In this document: piece by piece, positions 19,130 through 28,967 of the stretch
Layout of the letters: each line of letters starts with the position of its first letter
Numbering within the stretch: the first letter of the stretch is position 1
Source: Desulfosporosinus sp.
GTDB lineage: Bacteria > Bacillota > Desulfitobacteriia > Desulfitobacteriales > Desulfitobacteriaceae
DNA length: 64,000 nt
Direction of reading: 5' to 3'
Assembly: GCA_035648155.1 (NCBI GenBank)
Contig: DASRMA010000125.1
Span: forward strand, 1,389-65,388
Notes under the pieces: model-generated
What the model was told of the DNA's origin: nothing
Seen by the model: only the letters and a program-made list of their open reading frames with translations
The model's database searches: none
Position numbers and translations under genes: made by a program

Positions 19130-20590
19130 CTATTTCAGGAGGGCAGGCATTCCTATGATAGGCCAGTAGGTATAAGTCATAACTACCAAAAGGCCCATTA
19201 TAACTGCACTGGCAGGGATACCACTCACGAAGAATTCACCTGTAGTAAACTGTTTAGATTCATAGGCAATTGCGTTAGGAGCTGCCCCAATCAGCAGTAA
19301 GAAAGGCATCCCAGCCATTGCTGTGGCTCCGTAGAGAACAAGTTCAGGATTGACACCTAAATACTGAGCCATTACGAGGGCAACCGGTAGGGTAATAGCT
19401 ATAGCCGCTACATTCATAATAAAGTTCGTCATAAGCAACACTAGGAAACAAACTGCGAGTAAGAATACTAACCAGTGTGCACCCACTATCAATGATAACC
19501 ACTTAATAGCGATCCACTGAGCAGCACCCGTTTCCCATAAGCAGAAACCAATACTCATGGCCCCGGAAAAGAGTAGGACGATATTCCATGGAATTTTCTT
19601 TTCTAAATCGTCTACTGTCAAAACATTAGATAGGAAGAAGAGTATACCAGCCATCAGCAATGGAACTGATCGATCCATGCCCTTTAAAGCTGGAATAATG
19701 GATTGCAACACAAGCAGGGCAAGAGCACCTGCAACAACAACGCTTACAAATATTTCCTTGCTGTTAATACGTCCGAGTTTTTCATACTCCGTTCTAGCCT
19801 TATTGCGTAAACCAGGAATCGAGGATTTTTCAGGCTTATATATGACCATTATTAATGCCCATATTAGAAATACACTAGCCCAACCAAACGGAGCCAAATG
19901 AAGGGAAAAGTCGACAAACGAAACTTCTTTACCCGTAAACTGAGTATAGAAGCCGACTGCCGCGGGGTTACGAGCACCGCCCAGGAGGGTACAGATACTT
20001 CCTGCACCAGCAGTGTAGGCCATCCCAATGAACAAAGCCTTACCAAACTTGGTGGGTTTACCATCAGCGTTATCATCACCATTATACAAGGCTAGAATAG
20101 TCACTAAAATTGGAAACATAGTTGCTGCTACGGCAGTATGGGCCATGATGTGGGTTAATAATGCGGTTATTACAAATACCCCTAATAATATTGTTCTGGT
20201 ATTTTCGCCAACCACGATCAACATTTTATAGGCGATTCTTTTAGTAATTCCTGACTTGGTGAAAGCTAGCCCTATGAGTAGAGAGCCTAAAATAAACACT
20301 ACGGTCGGATCCATGAAATCTCTAAACGCTTCCTTCGCTGGACGTATTAGAAATAAAGCTTGAACAACACCAATCATTAGACTGGTAACACCGATGGCAG
20401 TTACCTCAAATACCCACCAAATACTAGCCAGGAAGAATAAACCAATGGCTGCTTTTGCTTGTTGGCTTAACCCAAAGGATTTACCAGAAGGATCGATCGC
20501 GGGTCCAAACTGTGGAGCATAAAAGAATACTAAAAATATTGTTATGCCCAGCAAAATAAAGAAAAGTCGTTTTGCCTTCGTACCATTCAT
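19130..20590 (-). CDS. SLC13/DASS sodium:sulfate/dicarboxylate symporter
   Basis: TLLGGARN, IPWNIVLLFSG, GAAPNAIAY; start 20590 after AGGAG. Confidence 0.92.
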   Translation of the reverse strand: MNGTKAKRLFFILLGITIFLVFFYAPQFGPAIDPSGKSFGLSQQAKAAIGLFFLASIWWVFEVTAIGVTSLMIGVVQALFLIRPAKEAFRDFMDPTVVFILGSLLIGLAFTKSGITKRIAYKMLIVVGENTRTILLGVFVITALLTHIMAHTAVAATMFPILVTILALYNGDDNADGKPTKFGKALFIGMAYTAGAGSICTLLGGARNPAAVGFYTQFTGKEVSFVDFSLHLAPFGWASVFLIWALIMVIYKPEKSSIPGLRNKARTEYEKLGRINSKEIFVSVVVAGALALLVLQSIIPALKGMDRSVPLLMAGILFFLSNVLTVDDLEKKIPWNIVLLFSGAMSIGFCLWETGAAQWIAIKWLSLIVGAHWLVFLLAVCFLVLLMTNFIMNVAAIAITLPVALVMAQYLGVNPELVLYGATAMAGMPFLLLIGAAPNAIAYESKQFTTGEFFVSGIPASAVIMGLLVVMTYTYWPIIGMPALLK

Positions 20591-20720
20591 TTTTACCACA
20601 CTCCTCGTTCTTTTTGACGTGCTTATTAATCTAGTATTTACGATTACTAAACAACCACAAATAACAAAAACCATATACACGTCTCACATTTTCCCGTACA
20701 TTGTGTTATAATGTCACCAT

Positions 20721-20759
20721 GATTAAATTTCTTAGCGGCCTTTCGGGGCTGCTTTTTTT
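20721..20759 (+). repeat. Conserved leader element copy 4
   Basis: GATTAAATTTCTTAGCGGCCTTTCGGGGCTGCTTTTTTT, preceded by TGtTATAAT at 20704-20712. Confidence 0.85.
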
Positions 20760-20909
20760 AGTCTAAACTATTTTTCATAGGCAACACTTACTCGATCAAG
20801 CCTCCGTTCTCTTTTAATTTGTGCCTATACTCTCGAGTAGATCATCACCTCGTGATAACATTGAAATGTAGTAAATCACAAAGTGTTCATAAAATCTCTT
20901 CAGCATCGT

Positions 20910-21497
20910 TCATTTAATCCAAATATCCAGATTATCCTTGTTTTCTATAATCTTTTCTGCAATCTGCGCCCCTACGTGTTGAAAATAGGTCTCCCTGTCT
21001 GTCTTTGACAAAAAGCTGCGAGTTTCTACGAACTTGTCAGCTTCAACGACTCGACGAAGTAAAGGGATCCTGTTAGTCTGATTTATATCAAAGTTCTCCA
21101 TAGATTTATTGAATTTATTTTTCAGTAGAGAATTGCTCCATGCCTTAGGACCCTTTTCCGGCTCTACTTGGAAGACGCGCCTCACATATTCAAATGGGAA
21201 TGCACCAAACGAAAAAAGCATTTTCGGCTTATGCTTATTAACTAGTTCTCTGTAAAACTTAATTTCTTCTGCAACTTCTCTGCCCCACCAATTTAAAGTA
21301 TTAGGAACTATTCCGCCGTCCTTGACTGCACTCCTTATATAGATATCTGAAGTATCTACTCTCGTTTGCAATTCCCTAAATACTCTGTCCTGAATCTCAG
21401 CTAAGATAGGTCTCCAGATATCATGCCGAACTGCAGTATATTTTGGATTTACTATCAACCATATCGGATAAGTTCTTTTTCCCAATTCTCTCTTCAT
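20910..21497 (-). CDS. Uncharacterised UDG-fold-like protein, paralog 3 (start may be TTG 21536)
   Basis: Same motif set as paralogs 1 and 2. Confidence 0.85.
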   Translation of the reverse strand: MKRELGKRTYPIWLIVNPKYTAVRHDIWRPILAEIQDRVFRELQTRVDTSDIYIRSAVKDGGIVPNTLNWWGREVAEEIKFYRELVNKHKPKMLFSFGAFPFEYVRRVFQVEPEKGPKAWSNSLLKNKFNKSMENFDINQTNRIPLLRRVVEADKFVETRSFLSKTDRETYFQHVGAQIAEKIIENKDNLDIWIK

Positions 21498-21608
21498 TGT
21501 CTCTTCTTTAGTGTTATTAAGAGTTAAACAGGACAAAACAACCACACCTTTCATTTTTTGCACAGCCACAACCTTCTAAGAGTTCTTCACGACCTTCAGC
21601 TTTTAGCT

Positions 21609-21670
21609 ATGTGACTTTGCTCACAATTAGAGATTATCATTATGATAGCGTTGTGTCTATAGGAAATCAA
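21609..21670 (-). promoter_or_regulatory. SigA promoter plus Rex/CRP-type box
   Basis: TTGATT-17-TATCAT; TTGTGAGCAAAGTCACAT at 21626-21609 (TGTGA-N6-TCACA core). Confidence 0.65.
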
Positions 21671-21926
21671 TATGCCCTTAATCAGTATGCCCTATTGCCA
21701 AAGGAGTGTTATTAAGCTTTAACAGCATACTGGTAGGCATTATAGAATCTCCGTTCTATCTTATTTTCTTTTAAATGTTTATAAAGCGTGATATTACCTG
21801 AAATTACACTCAATTACACCTATGGAAGTTTTTGTCCCTCAATTATAATAATATTTACATTAGGTTTTATTTGAACAAATCAATATCTTCATAATAGACT
21901 CAATCTATACTGTTCTTCAGAAATAT

Positions 21927-21968
21927 AAAAAAAGCCCCGTTGAGAATGATTTCTCTTCGGGGTTTTTT
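21927..21968. terminator. Intrinsic terminator
   Basis: AAAAAAAGCCCCG...CGGGGTTTTTT. Confidence 0.65.
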
Positions 21969-22002
21969 GATTTGTAGTCACTTTTTGACACCTATTAAGT
22001 AA

Positions 22003-22632
22003 TCACAATATATCATAGAATGGAAACTGTTCACCTGTCGATCGAGCAATCCCACAAAGATAATCATTACCCATGTTCGTTCGTTCGTCCTCTTTAAAGC
22101 CTTTACTCATAAGGAGCTCTAACGTATTTCTATTAGTTGCGTAACCCGACAGATATTTAGCCCCTTGCTCTTTTGCAAACCTACGCAAATTGTTTAGCAC
22201 TTTATCAAGGAGCTCATCACTCAAGGGGTCGAAATCTTCGTTCTTGACTAAGACAATATCATTAATGAAGACCTCTTCCTTATTCAGCTTTGATATAAGA
22301 AGAGTAATGATCTTATCTTCTAGACCTAGTGTATCCGCCCACATGATTTGTGGTAATTGCACTCCTAATAAATTCGCAAGCTCAGGACTCTTACTATTTG
22401 TCTCATAATATTCCTGTAATAGTTCAATAAGGCCTCTGTTATGTGCTCTTGCTTGTACCGAGATGTTATAAAGGTCTGGATACTTAAGTCTTACTTCATC
22501 ATCTCGCAACACCTCTAGGCCAGGATCTCTGCCTATTTCTGATGTTATCTCCTCTATTGGAAATACACTATTAATTTGTTTCTCCGATGGATTCCATTGT
22601 TCAGAATAGATACGCCATGGTTTTGTAGACAT
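22003..22632 (-). CDS. Hypothetical protein, possible GNAT-like C-terminal half
   Basis: LLDKVLNNLRRFAKEQGAKYL..LLMSKGF pattern. Confidence 0.7.
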   Translation of the reverse strand: MSTKPWRIYSEQWNPSEKQINSVFPIEEITSEIGRDPGLEVLRDDEVRLKYPDLYNISVQARAHNRGLIELLQEYYETNSKSPELANLLGVQLPQIMWADTLGLEDKIITLLISKLNKEEVFINDIVLVKNEDFDPLSDELLDKVLNNLRRFAKEQGAKYLSGYATNRNTLELLMSKGFKEDERTNMGNDYLCGIARSTGEQFPFYDIL

Positions 22633-22821
22633 CTTATACTCACGCCTTTCCTAATGTTAACTTTAATTGTATCCTGTTTTTAGCGTAATTAGCAATAATG
22701 AGAAACATTATTTAGGATCCAGTGAACTAAAAAACAGGTCTCCCGCCTTTTTTAAGCATAAAAAGTTCAGAAAAGAGTTAATGCTATACAGACTCAGTTT
22801 TTTCACTAAATTAAGGAAGGA

Positions 22822-24453
22822 ATGATAACTATTAATAATACACTTCGGAGAAAAATGGAACGGACTTACGAGAAGCTTAGCCCTTTTGAACTTAAGGACA
22901 AATTAATGAGCATCGCCCATAAACACGGTGATACTAGCGTATGGTCGATGCTCAATGCGGGCAGGGGGAATCCAAACTGGATTGCTGCAACACCACGAGA
23001 AGCATTCTTTACCCTCGGTCAATTTGCCATGGAGGAAGCTCGCCGCACGTGGAGAGATGCTGACCTCGCTGGCATGCCTATGACCAAAAACATTTCAATT
23101 CGCCTGAAGGATTACCTTGAAGAGCACCAGGAGGCACCCGGAGTCAATTTTCTCAAAAACGTCCTTGATTATGGATCAAGTAATTGGGGATTTAGCCCCG
23201 ATGCTTGGATACATGAACTCGTGGATGGGATCATCGGGGATAACTACCCGGTACCGGATCGCATGCTTGTGCACCTAGAACAGGTTGTTCATGATTATCT
23301 AATTCAAGAAATGTGTAATAACCAGGCTCCACCCGGAAAATACGATCTTTTCGCCGTTGAAGGTGGCACTGCAGCAATGTGTTACATTTTCGATTCTTTG
23401 ATTGCTAATAAGTTGCTGTTCATTGGGGATCGAATTGCGCTCATGGTACCTACCTTTACCCCATATCTCGAAATTCCACATTTAGCGCGCTATGATTTTG
23501 ACATTGTTCGAATTAATGCTTTGGAATTAGATGAAAGAGGTATTCACACGTGGCAATATACTAATTCAGAGATTGATAAACTTGCCGATCCTACTATAAA
23601 AGCTTTATATGTTGTTAACCCCAGCAACCCTCCCTCTGTGGCAATCAGAAACGAGTCAAAAAATCACATCATGGAGGTCGTAAAAAATCACAATCCAAAC
23701 TTAATGATCATTACGGATGATGTATACGGCACATTTGTGGATAACTTCCGTTCGCTGATGGCCGAACTACCGTTTAATACTTTGGGGGTTTACTCGTTCT
23801 CAAAATATTTTGGAGCTACAGGTTGGCGTTTAGGAGTTATAGCTGTTCATCAAGACAATGTCTTTGACCAATTGTTAAAGGATCTCTCGCTCGATAAGGC
23901 GGAAGCGCTGGAAGAGCGTTATGCAACGATCTCTTTGTGTCCTGAAAAACTCCGTTTTATTGATCGAATGGTAGCGGACAGTCGCCAAGTCGCCCTTAAT
24001 CATACAGCCGGTTTATCCACTCCACAACAAGTCCAAATGGGCCTATTCTCTCTCTTTGCGATGCTTGATCCGGAGAACCGTTACAAGCATTTGACTCAGA
24101 ACATTTGTCATCACCGCCAAAAGTTATTGTACGAAGGCTTCGGACTCGAACTACTCCCTGATTCTTACGACGCCGCGTATTACAGTCAAATTGATTTGTT
24201 GGTGTGGGCTAAGATTAAGTACGGAGACGAATTTTGTGACTACTTACAAGCGAACTATGAGCCCACAGACATCCTCTTTCGTTTAGCAGAGGAATCCTCT
24301 ATTATACTACTTAATGGCAGCGGCTTTGGTGGACCGAAATGGTCCATTCGTACATCCCTTGCCAACTTGAATGATGAAGCTTATAGGCAAATCGGGAAAA
24401 CCGTCCAAAAGACATTTGAAGAGTACGCAGCATCTTGGAAAGAAGTGAACTAA
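22822..24453 (+). CDS. aspD: Aspartate 4-decarboxylase
   Basis: LSPFELKD, LNAGRGNPNW, SFSKYFGATGWRLG, ADSRQVALNHTAGLS. Confidence 0.95.
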   Translation: MITINNTLRRKMERTYEKLSPFELKDKLMSIAHKHGDTSVWSMLNAGRGNPNWIAATPREAFFTLGQFAMEEARRTWRDADLAGMPMTKNISIRLKDYLEEHQEAPGVNFLKNVLDYGSSNWGFSPDAWIHELVDGIIGDNYPVPDRMLVHLEQVVHDYLIQEMCNNQAPPGKYDLFAVEGGTAAMCYIFDSLIANKLLFIGDRIALMVPTFTPYLEIPHLARYDFDIVRINALELDERGIHTWQYTNSEIDKLADPTIKALYVVNPSNPPSVAIRNESKNHIMEVVKNHNPNLMIITDDVYGTFVDNFRSLMAELPFNTLGVYSFSKYFGATGWRLGVIAVHQDNVFDQLLKDLSLDKAEALEERYATISLCPEKLRFIDRMVADSRQVALNHTAGLSTPQQVQMGLFSLFAMLDPENRYKHLTQNICHHRQKLLYEGFGLELLPDSYDAAYYSQIDLLVWAKIKYGDEFCDYLQANYEPTDILFRLAEESSIILLNGSGFGGPKWSIRTSLANLNDEAYRQIGKTVQKTFEEYAASWKEVN

Positions 24454-24638
24454 AGTTTCGCACCCAGTAAAATAATTAAAATGTTATCGTAAACAATAAC
24501 AGAAAACAAAAATCCGCATGAACACAGTTTTTGGTTTAATTAAGCATCAAGCCAAATTAACCAGAAAAGAAGTGTTATCATGCGGAACCCTGTCAAAGAA
24601 ATTGAAAACGTGCGTTTGTATTATTTAAAACTAACTTG

Positions 24639-25184
24639 TCAATTATCATCCGAGCAGTAACTATCAATAAATTCTTGAGACAGCTTCTTAATTAACAGCA
24701 CTGGAATTGTAGAGCTATTAAGCACGCTGTGCGCTAAACAACCGAAAATCAAACCTTTTAACGTGGTAAGCCCGCGCGTACCCATAATAATTAACTTAAA
24801 TTGTTTTTTAGTCGCATAATCCAGAAGTGCCTCTACTGTATCAGGAATACTTGGATTACAGTATATCACTTGATGTCTGACGTCCAGTCCACTCTGAGTA
24901 AATATTGAGTTGGTTTTGTTAAGTATTTTATTATACTGACTTATACCGACACTATCCGATTCATCGATTACGAGCTTCCTCCAGTCCGCAGTTGGGCTAA
25001 CTGGCCAAGTATCTTTCCACTTATATTCTTCCCCCACAGAACCTTCGTCACTTTCTTGTACTTGCACGACGGTTAAACGCATATTAGGCATATTTTTAGA
25101 AAGCGTGGCAGTGTAGACAGCAGCAGAAAAAGACTGCTGAGACCCATCTGAGTAAAGAAGTACATCGAACTTAGACTCATTCAT
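24639..25184 (-). CDS. Universal stress protein
   Basis: LLYSDGSQQS, IIMGTRGLTTLKGLIFGCLAHSVL; downstream of SulP. Confidence 0.88.
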   Translation of the reverse strand: MNESKFDVLLYSDGSQQSFSAAVYTATLSKNMPNMRLTVVQVQESDEGSVGEEYKWKDTWPVSPTADWRKLVIDESDSVGISQYNKILNKTNSIFTQSGLDVRHQVIYCNPSIPDTVEALLDYATKKQFKLIIMGTRGLTTLKGLIFGCLAHSVLNSSTIPVLLIKKLSQEFIDSYCSDDN

Positions 25185-25263
25185 AGCAAATGCCCCTTTC
25201 TATTTAACAGAAAGTATCTCTGTAATAACTATTATACATCATAAGTTGCAGATGAGACAATGG

Positions 25264-27075
25264 CTATAATGAAGCGGTGTTCTTGTTTGTGCCACTGGTA
25301 CCCCCACTAAAGTTTGTCACAGACTCTAGTAGCGTACATGATGCAGATTTTTTTTCGTCATCAGTGGGATCACAGCTTAAAGCTGCTCTCGCCTTCTCTA
25401 AAGCGTTCGTGGACGATGCAAATATTTCATTCTCCGACATGAAAATGTTATCCACGCCGATATCTGACGTAACATTTGAAGTCTGTAATAAGGAGTTTAG
25501 CTCTGACTTTACACCACTAATGATAAGAATACCACCTGCTTCTTTTACAGTTCTCATGAATACTTTCAGAGCATTAAGTGATGTTAAATCAACTGACGTA
25601 ACATATTTCATTCTTAAGATGAAAACTTTGGCTTTATCTACTAAGCCATCAAGTTTAGTTTCGAGATCCTCTGCGGAACCAAAGTACAGATTTCCTTCTA
25701 ATTCAATAATTAAGATATCGAACTTTCCGTTGACGGACTCAATTCTCTTTTCAATAATTTGAGCATCTTTCCCCTGTGACGGAATAAGAATTCTAACGGG
25801 TACTTTGCTGGTATCTTTCAAGTACAAGGCAATAGATATTGCAATTCCTGTGTAAATTGCATAATCAAGTTCAGGTAATAAAATTGTTGCGAGAAATGTT
25901 ACTGTCATTGCAATAGAATCAGAATTGAATCTGCCGGCTTTTACAATATGCTTAATTGCTGTTTTGTCCATCAAGCCGTATCCAGTAAGAATCAACAATC
26001 CTGCAAGGCATGGTAAGGGTATATATTTTGCATAGGGGGCGAAGAATACAAGAACTAAGGCAACTGCTACACCCGACATAATTCCGGCGATTCTGGTAAC
26101 CGCCCCAGCGTGGTAATTTAATGCAGAACGTGAAAAGGAACCAGATCCAGGAAAACACTGGAAGAAAGATGAGAATGCATTTGCTAAGCCCTGTCCGACA
26201 AATTCCTGGTTAGCATCAATTTTTTGTCGTGAGGTACTTGAAATAGTTTTAGAAATTGATATAGCTTCAACTAATCCAATAATTGCAATTGCAATCGCCC
26301 CGCTAAAAACATCACTAATGGAACCAAGACTAAATTGTACCATTTTGAAGGGTGGCAAGGAGGACGGAATATTACCTGTGAGTTTGATACCCTTCTGTTC
26401 CAAAGCGAAAATGAGTATAAAGATAATTGGAACGATAATTCCTATCAAGGCTCCTGGTAGGTTCTTATTAAACTTTTTGCAGATTTGTATAATCGCTACC
26501 GTCATCAGTCCAAGCCCCAGGGCATATAAATTGGTTTCACTTAAATGAGTTATAACATAATAAAATTTTTGTGTAGTTACCATGTGGGCAGAGTCTTTAA
26601 CAGAGATGCTAAGTAGTGTACTCAGTTGCCCCAGTGCGATCAACACACCTGCACCAGCGCTAAAACCTACAATGACTGAATGAGACACAAAATTTATTAC
26701 TTTACCCAGTTTCAAGACTCCAAAAAGAATTTGTAAGGCACCAACCATAAAGGTCATCAAAAAAAGCATTTGATAGGCATTATCGATTGCCATATAGTTT
26801 CTCATGCTACCTGCTACAAGTAGTGCTATCGCATTAGTCGGGCCAGCGACGAGGTGTTTAGAGCTTCCAAAGATAGACGAAATAATCGTAGATACTATAG
26901 CGGTATAGAGACCATAAACCGGATTAACACCTGCGATCATGGCATAAGCCATAGACTGTGGAATAGCTACTACTGCCACGGTCAATCCAGCAATCAAGTC
27001 TTTTCTAAAATATTCCTTCTTATAGTTTTGAAGCGTCCCGATTAACGGAATATACTTAAATCTTGTTAATTGCAA
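25264..27075 (-). CDS. SulP/SLC26 anion (sulfate) transporter with STAS domain
   Basis: DLIAGLTVAVVAIPQSMAYAMIAG, GSFSRS, GNLYFGSA. Confidence 0.95.
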   Translation of the reverse strand: MQLTRFKYIPLIGTLQNYKKEYFRKDLIAGLTVAVVAIPQSMAYAMIAGVNPVYGLYTAIVSTIISSIFGSSKHLVAGPTNAIALLVAGSMRNYMAIDNAYQMLFLMTFMVGALQILFGVLKLGKVINFVSHSVIVGFSAGAGVLIALGQLSTLLSISVKDSAHMVTTQKFYYVITHLSETNLYALGLGLMTVAIIQICKKFNKNLPGALIGIIVPIIFILIFALEQKGIKLTGNIPSSLPPFKMVQFSLGSISDVFSGAIAIAIIGLVEAISISKTISSTSRQKIDANQEFVGQGLANAFSSFFQCFPGSGSFSRSALNYHAGAVTRIAGIMSGVAVALVLVFFAPYAKYIPLPCLAGLLILTGYGLMDKTAIKHIVKAGRFNSDSIAMTVTFLATILLPELDYAIYTGIAISIALYLKDTSKVPVRILIPSQGKDAQIIEKRIESVNGKFDILIIELEGNLYFGSAEDLETKLDGLVDKAKVFILRMKYVTSVDLTSLNALKVFMRTVKEAGGILIISGVKSELNSLLQTSNVTSDIGVDNIFMSENEIFASSTNALEKARAALSCDPTDDEKKSASCTLLESVTNFSGGTSGTNKNTASL

Positions 27076-27258
27076 AGGAATCCCACCTTTCAGAATAAGG
27101 TTAGTAATAAACCATTAATCGTTTTATCTAAGTATTGCTATCAGGAAGCGAATTTCATAGCTACTTGTGGCAGATTTTATACGGTATAAGTGCTTGATCA
27201 ACGTTGAGTTGAGTTGATGCTTTTGGTATTGGTATTGGTTTTGTTCCTCCTTATATTC

Positions 27259-27311
27259 TTGTGAAATTCTTCTCACGAGCTAAGAATAGCATTGGGTTAT
27301 AACGAAGTCAA
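27259..27311 (-). promoter_or_regulatory. SigA promoter of sulP with Rex-like operator at +1
   Basis: TTGACT-17-TATTCT with extended TG; TTGTGAAATTCTTCTCAC at 27259-27276 (12/14 to TTGTGAA-N4-TTCACAA). Confidence 0.7.
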
Positions 27312-28173
27312 TAGTGTCATAATTAGAATGCGCTATTGCGAATTAACCTTCCCACTCATTAAAATGACTAAATTATGAGACGATTTAGTCATTTTTAATA
27401 GTGACTTATATTTCCATAATGACCACGTTGCACGGGCTGAAGTCCCTTATCTGAAACATTAATATTTTACTAATCTTCAGCATTTAACACGTAACCATCA
27501 TCCGCAATTTTGATTATGAAATAAACTCCCTATTTCACAATTAAAATCAAATAGGAGAAAGTGCTAAAATCTCGCACAATACGGGAATTCGCACCCTTTC
27601 TTCCGTATGACAATTTGTATTAAGCATACAAGACGACATACTAATGTTATCAATATTAAGAACTTAAAGAATGAAACAAGGCTTAAAGTGTTTAATCACT
27701 TTAAGCCTTGTTTCATTTTCTCAATCCCTATCTCCATATTTATCATTCCTAACTATTTTTATTACCCAATTAGGGTTATTTTTGGTTGTTAAGTAGGGCC
27801 ATTGTAGCGCACTGACTGGGTGTAATGCCTCCCTTCTACAAACTATTTTTGAGCGACTAGTACTCACGATTAAAGCCGGTCTAGTGCCAACGTTCTTAAT
27901 ATTCAGTTTATATGTCTTCACGTGGTCTGTCGTGTTTTCGGACATAAATAAAGTGTTTTCTTAATTAAGATGCTAATAAGAAAGTTTAGTAAATTCAGTT
28001 AACTGGTACTCAACCTACGGTATAGATGGTTCCCAGCGTTCCCAGTCTAATAGATAAATAACTATGCAAATAAAGAAAAGAAGCCCATTTAAGGCTTCCA
28101 AAAAACTATATATTGTTTCATTGGTTATCAAGTTGGTCTTTCTTATTAGTCGTTCCAGTGAAGTGATCTTTGT

Positions 28174-28273
28174 GCTTAAGCTGAACATCGAAACTTCAGT
28201 AGGGGATTCTACCCCACTGAAGTGACGTAGAACGCTCCCACTTATAGAAGTGGGAGTCTTACGATTAGATGAA
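28174..28273 (+). mobile_element. MITE-like repeat copy (5'-truncated)
   Basis: Near-identical to 36482-36581. Confidence 0.8.
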
Positions 28274-28528
28274 ATGTATAAAGGGAGAGCGTAGAGCCAC
28301 CTAGCTCCCCTTTATGAAACTCATAACTACTGGTAAGTGCGACCTTATATACATTATGTTTGCCTGTCCAAAAAAGTTACAGGATTAGTTTTTACAGTAT
28401 TGCAGTATTGAAGAGACTTAACGGACCATAATTTATAGGACGCAAGAGGAGAATATTTATATGGTAATATTGACCAATTAGATACTTAATGAATATAGTA
28501 TTAATAAATAAGGAGGTGCTTTTTTCTA

Positions 28529-28768
28529 GTGAATAACTGTGTAAAACCAATTTGTTGTCCCCCAGAATATTGCGTACAAGATTATTACACCCAACGATTC
28601 GTCCCTGTTATTCATCAAGTCGTGACTATCAGACGTCAAAATGTTATAGATGTTCCCCAGCATTATGTTCAGGAGACCACAAGAAACCTAGTTATTAACC
28701 AAGGTTTTCAAGCTCAAGGCGTTCAAAATCAAGGACTCTCAAACCAAAGGTTATTCAGAAGGTATTAA
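28529..28768 (+). CDS. CotD-like spore coat protein
   Basis: PICCPPEYCVQD..VPVIHQV pattern, RBS AGGAGGTG. Confidence 0.65.
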   Translation: MNNCVKPICCPPEYCVQDYYTQRFVPVIHQVVTIRRQNVIDVPQHYVQETTRNLVINQGFQAQGVQNQGLSNQRLFRRY

Positions 28769-28967
28769 AGCTAATCCAGGTTACCCCAATCGTGTCTCTT
28801 ATTCTATATTGAAATGAATTCTCTTCTAACCAACCAAAGACTTTATTCCCGTTTAAGCAACTAACCTCTGCTCACTTAGCGAGCAGAGGTTCTACTTATT
28901 GTAATCATTTCTTATTAGTACATTACCATAATAACTGTCGCCGATTATCAAAAACCAAGGACGCCTT

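Noticed and set aside
27607..27945. Two short ORFs (61 and 74 aa)
   Set aside because: No RBS or recognisable motif; they overlap hairpins and may be decayed sequence
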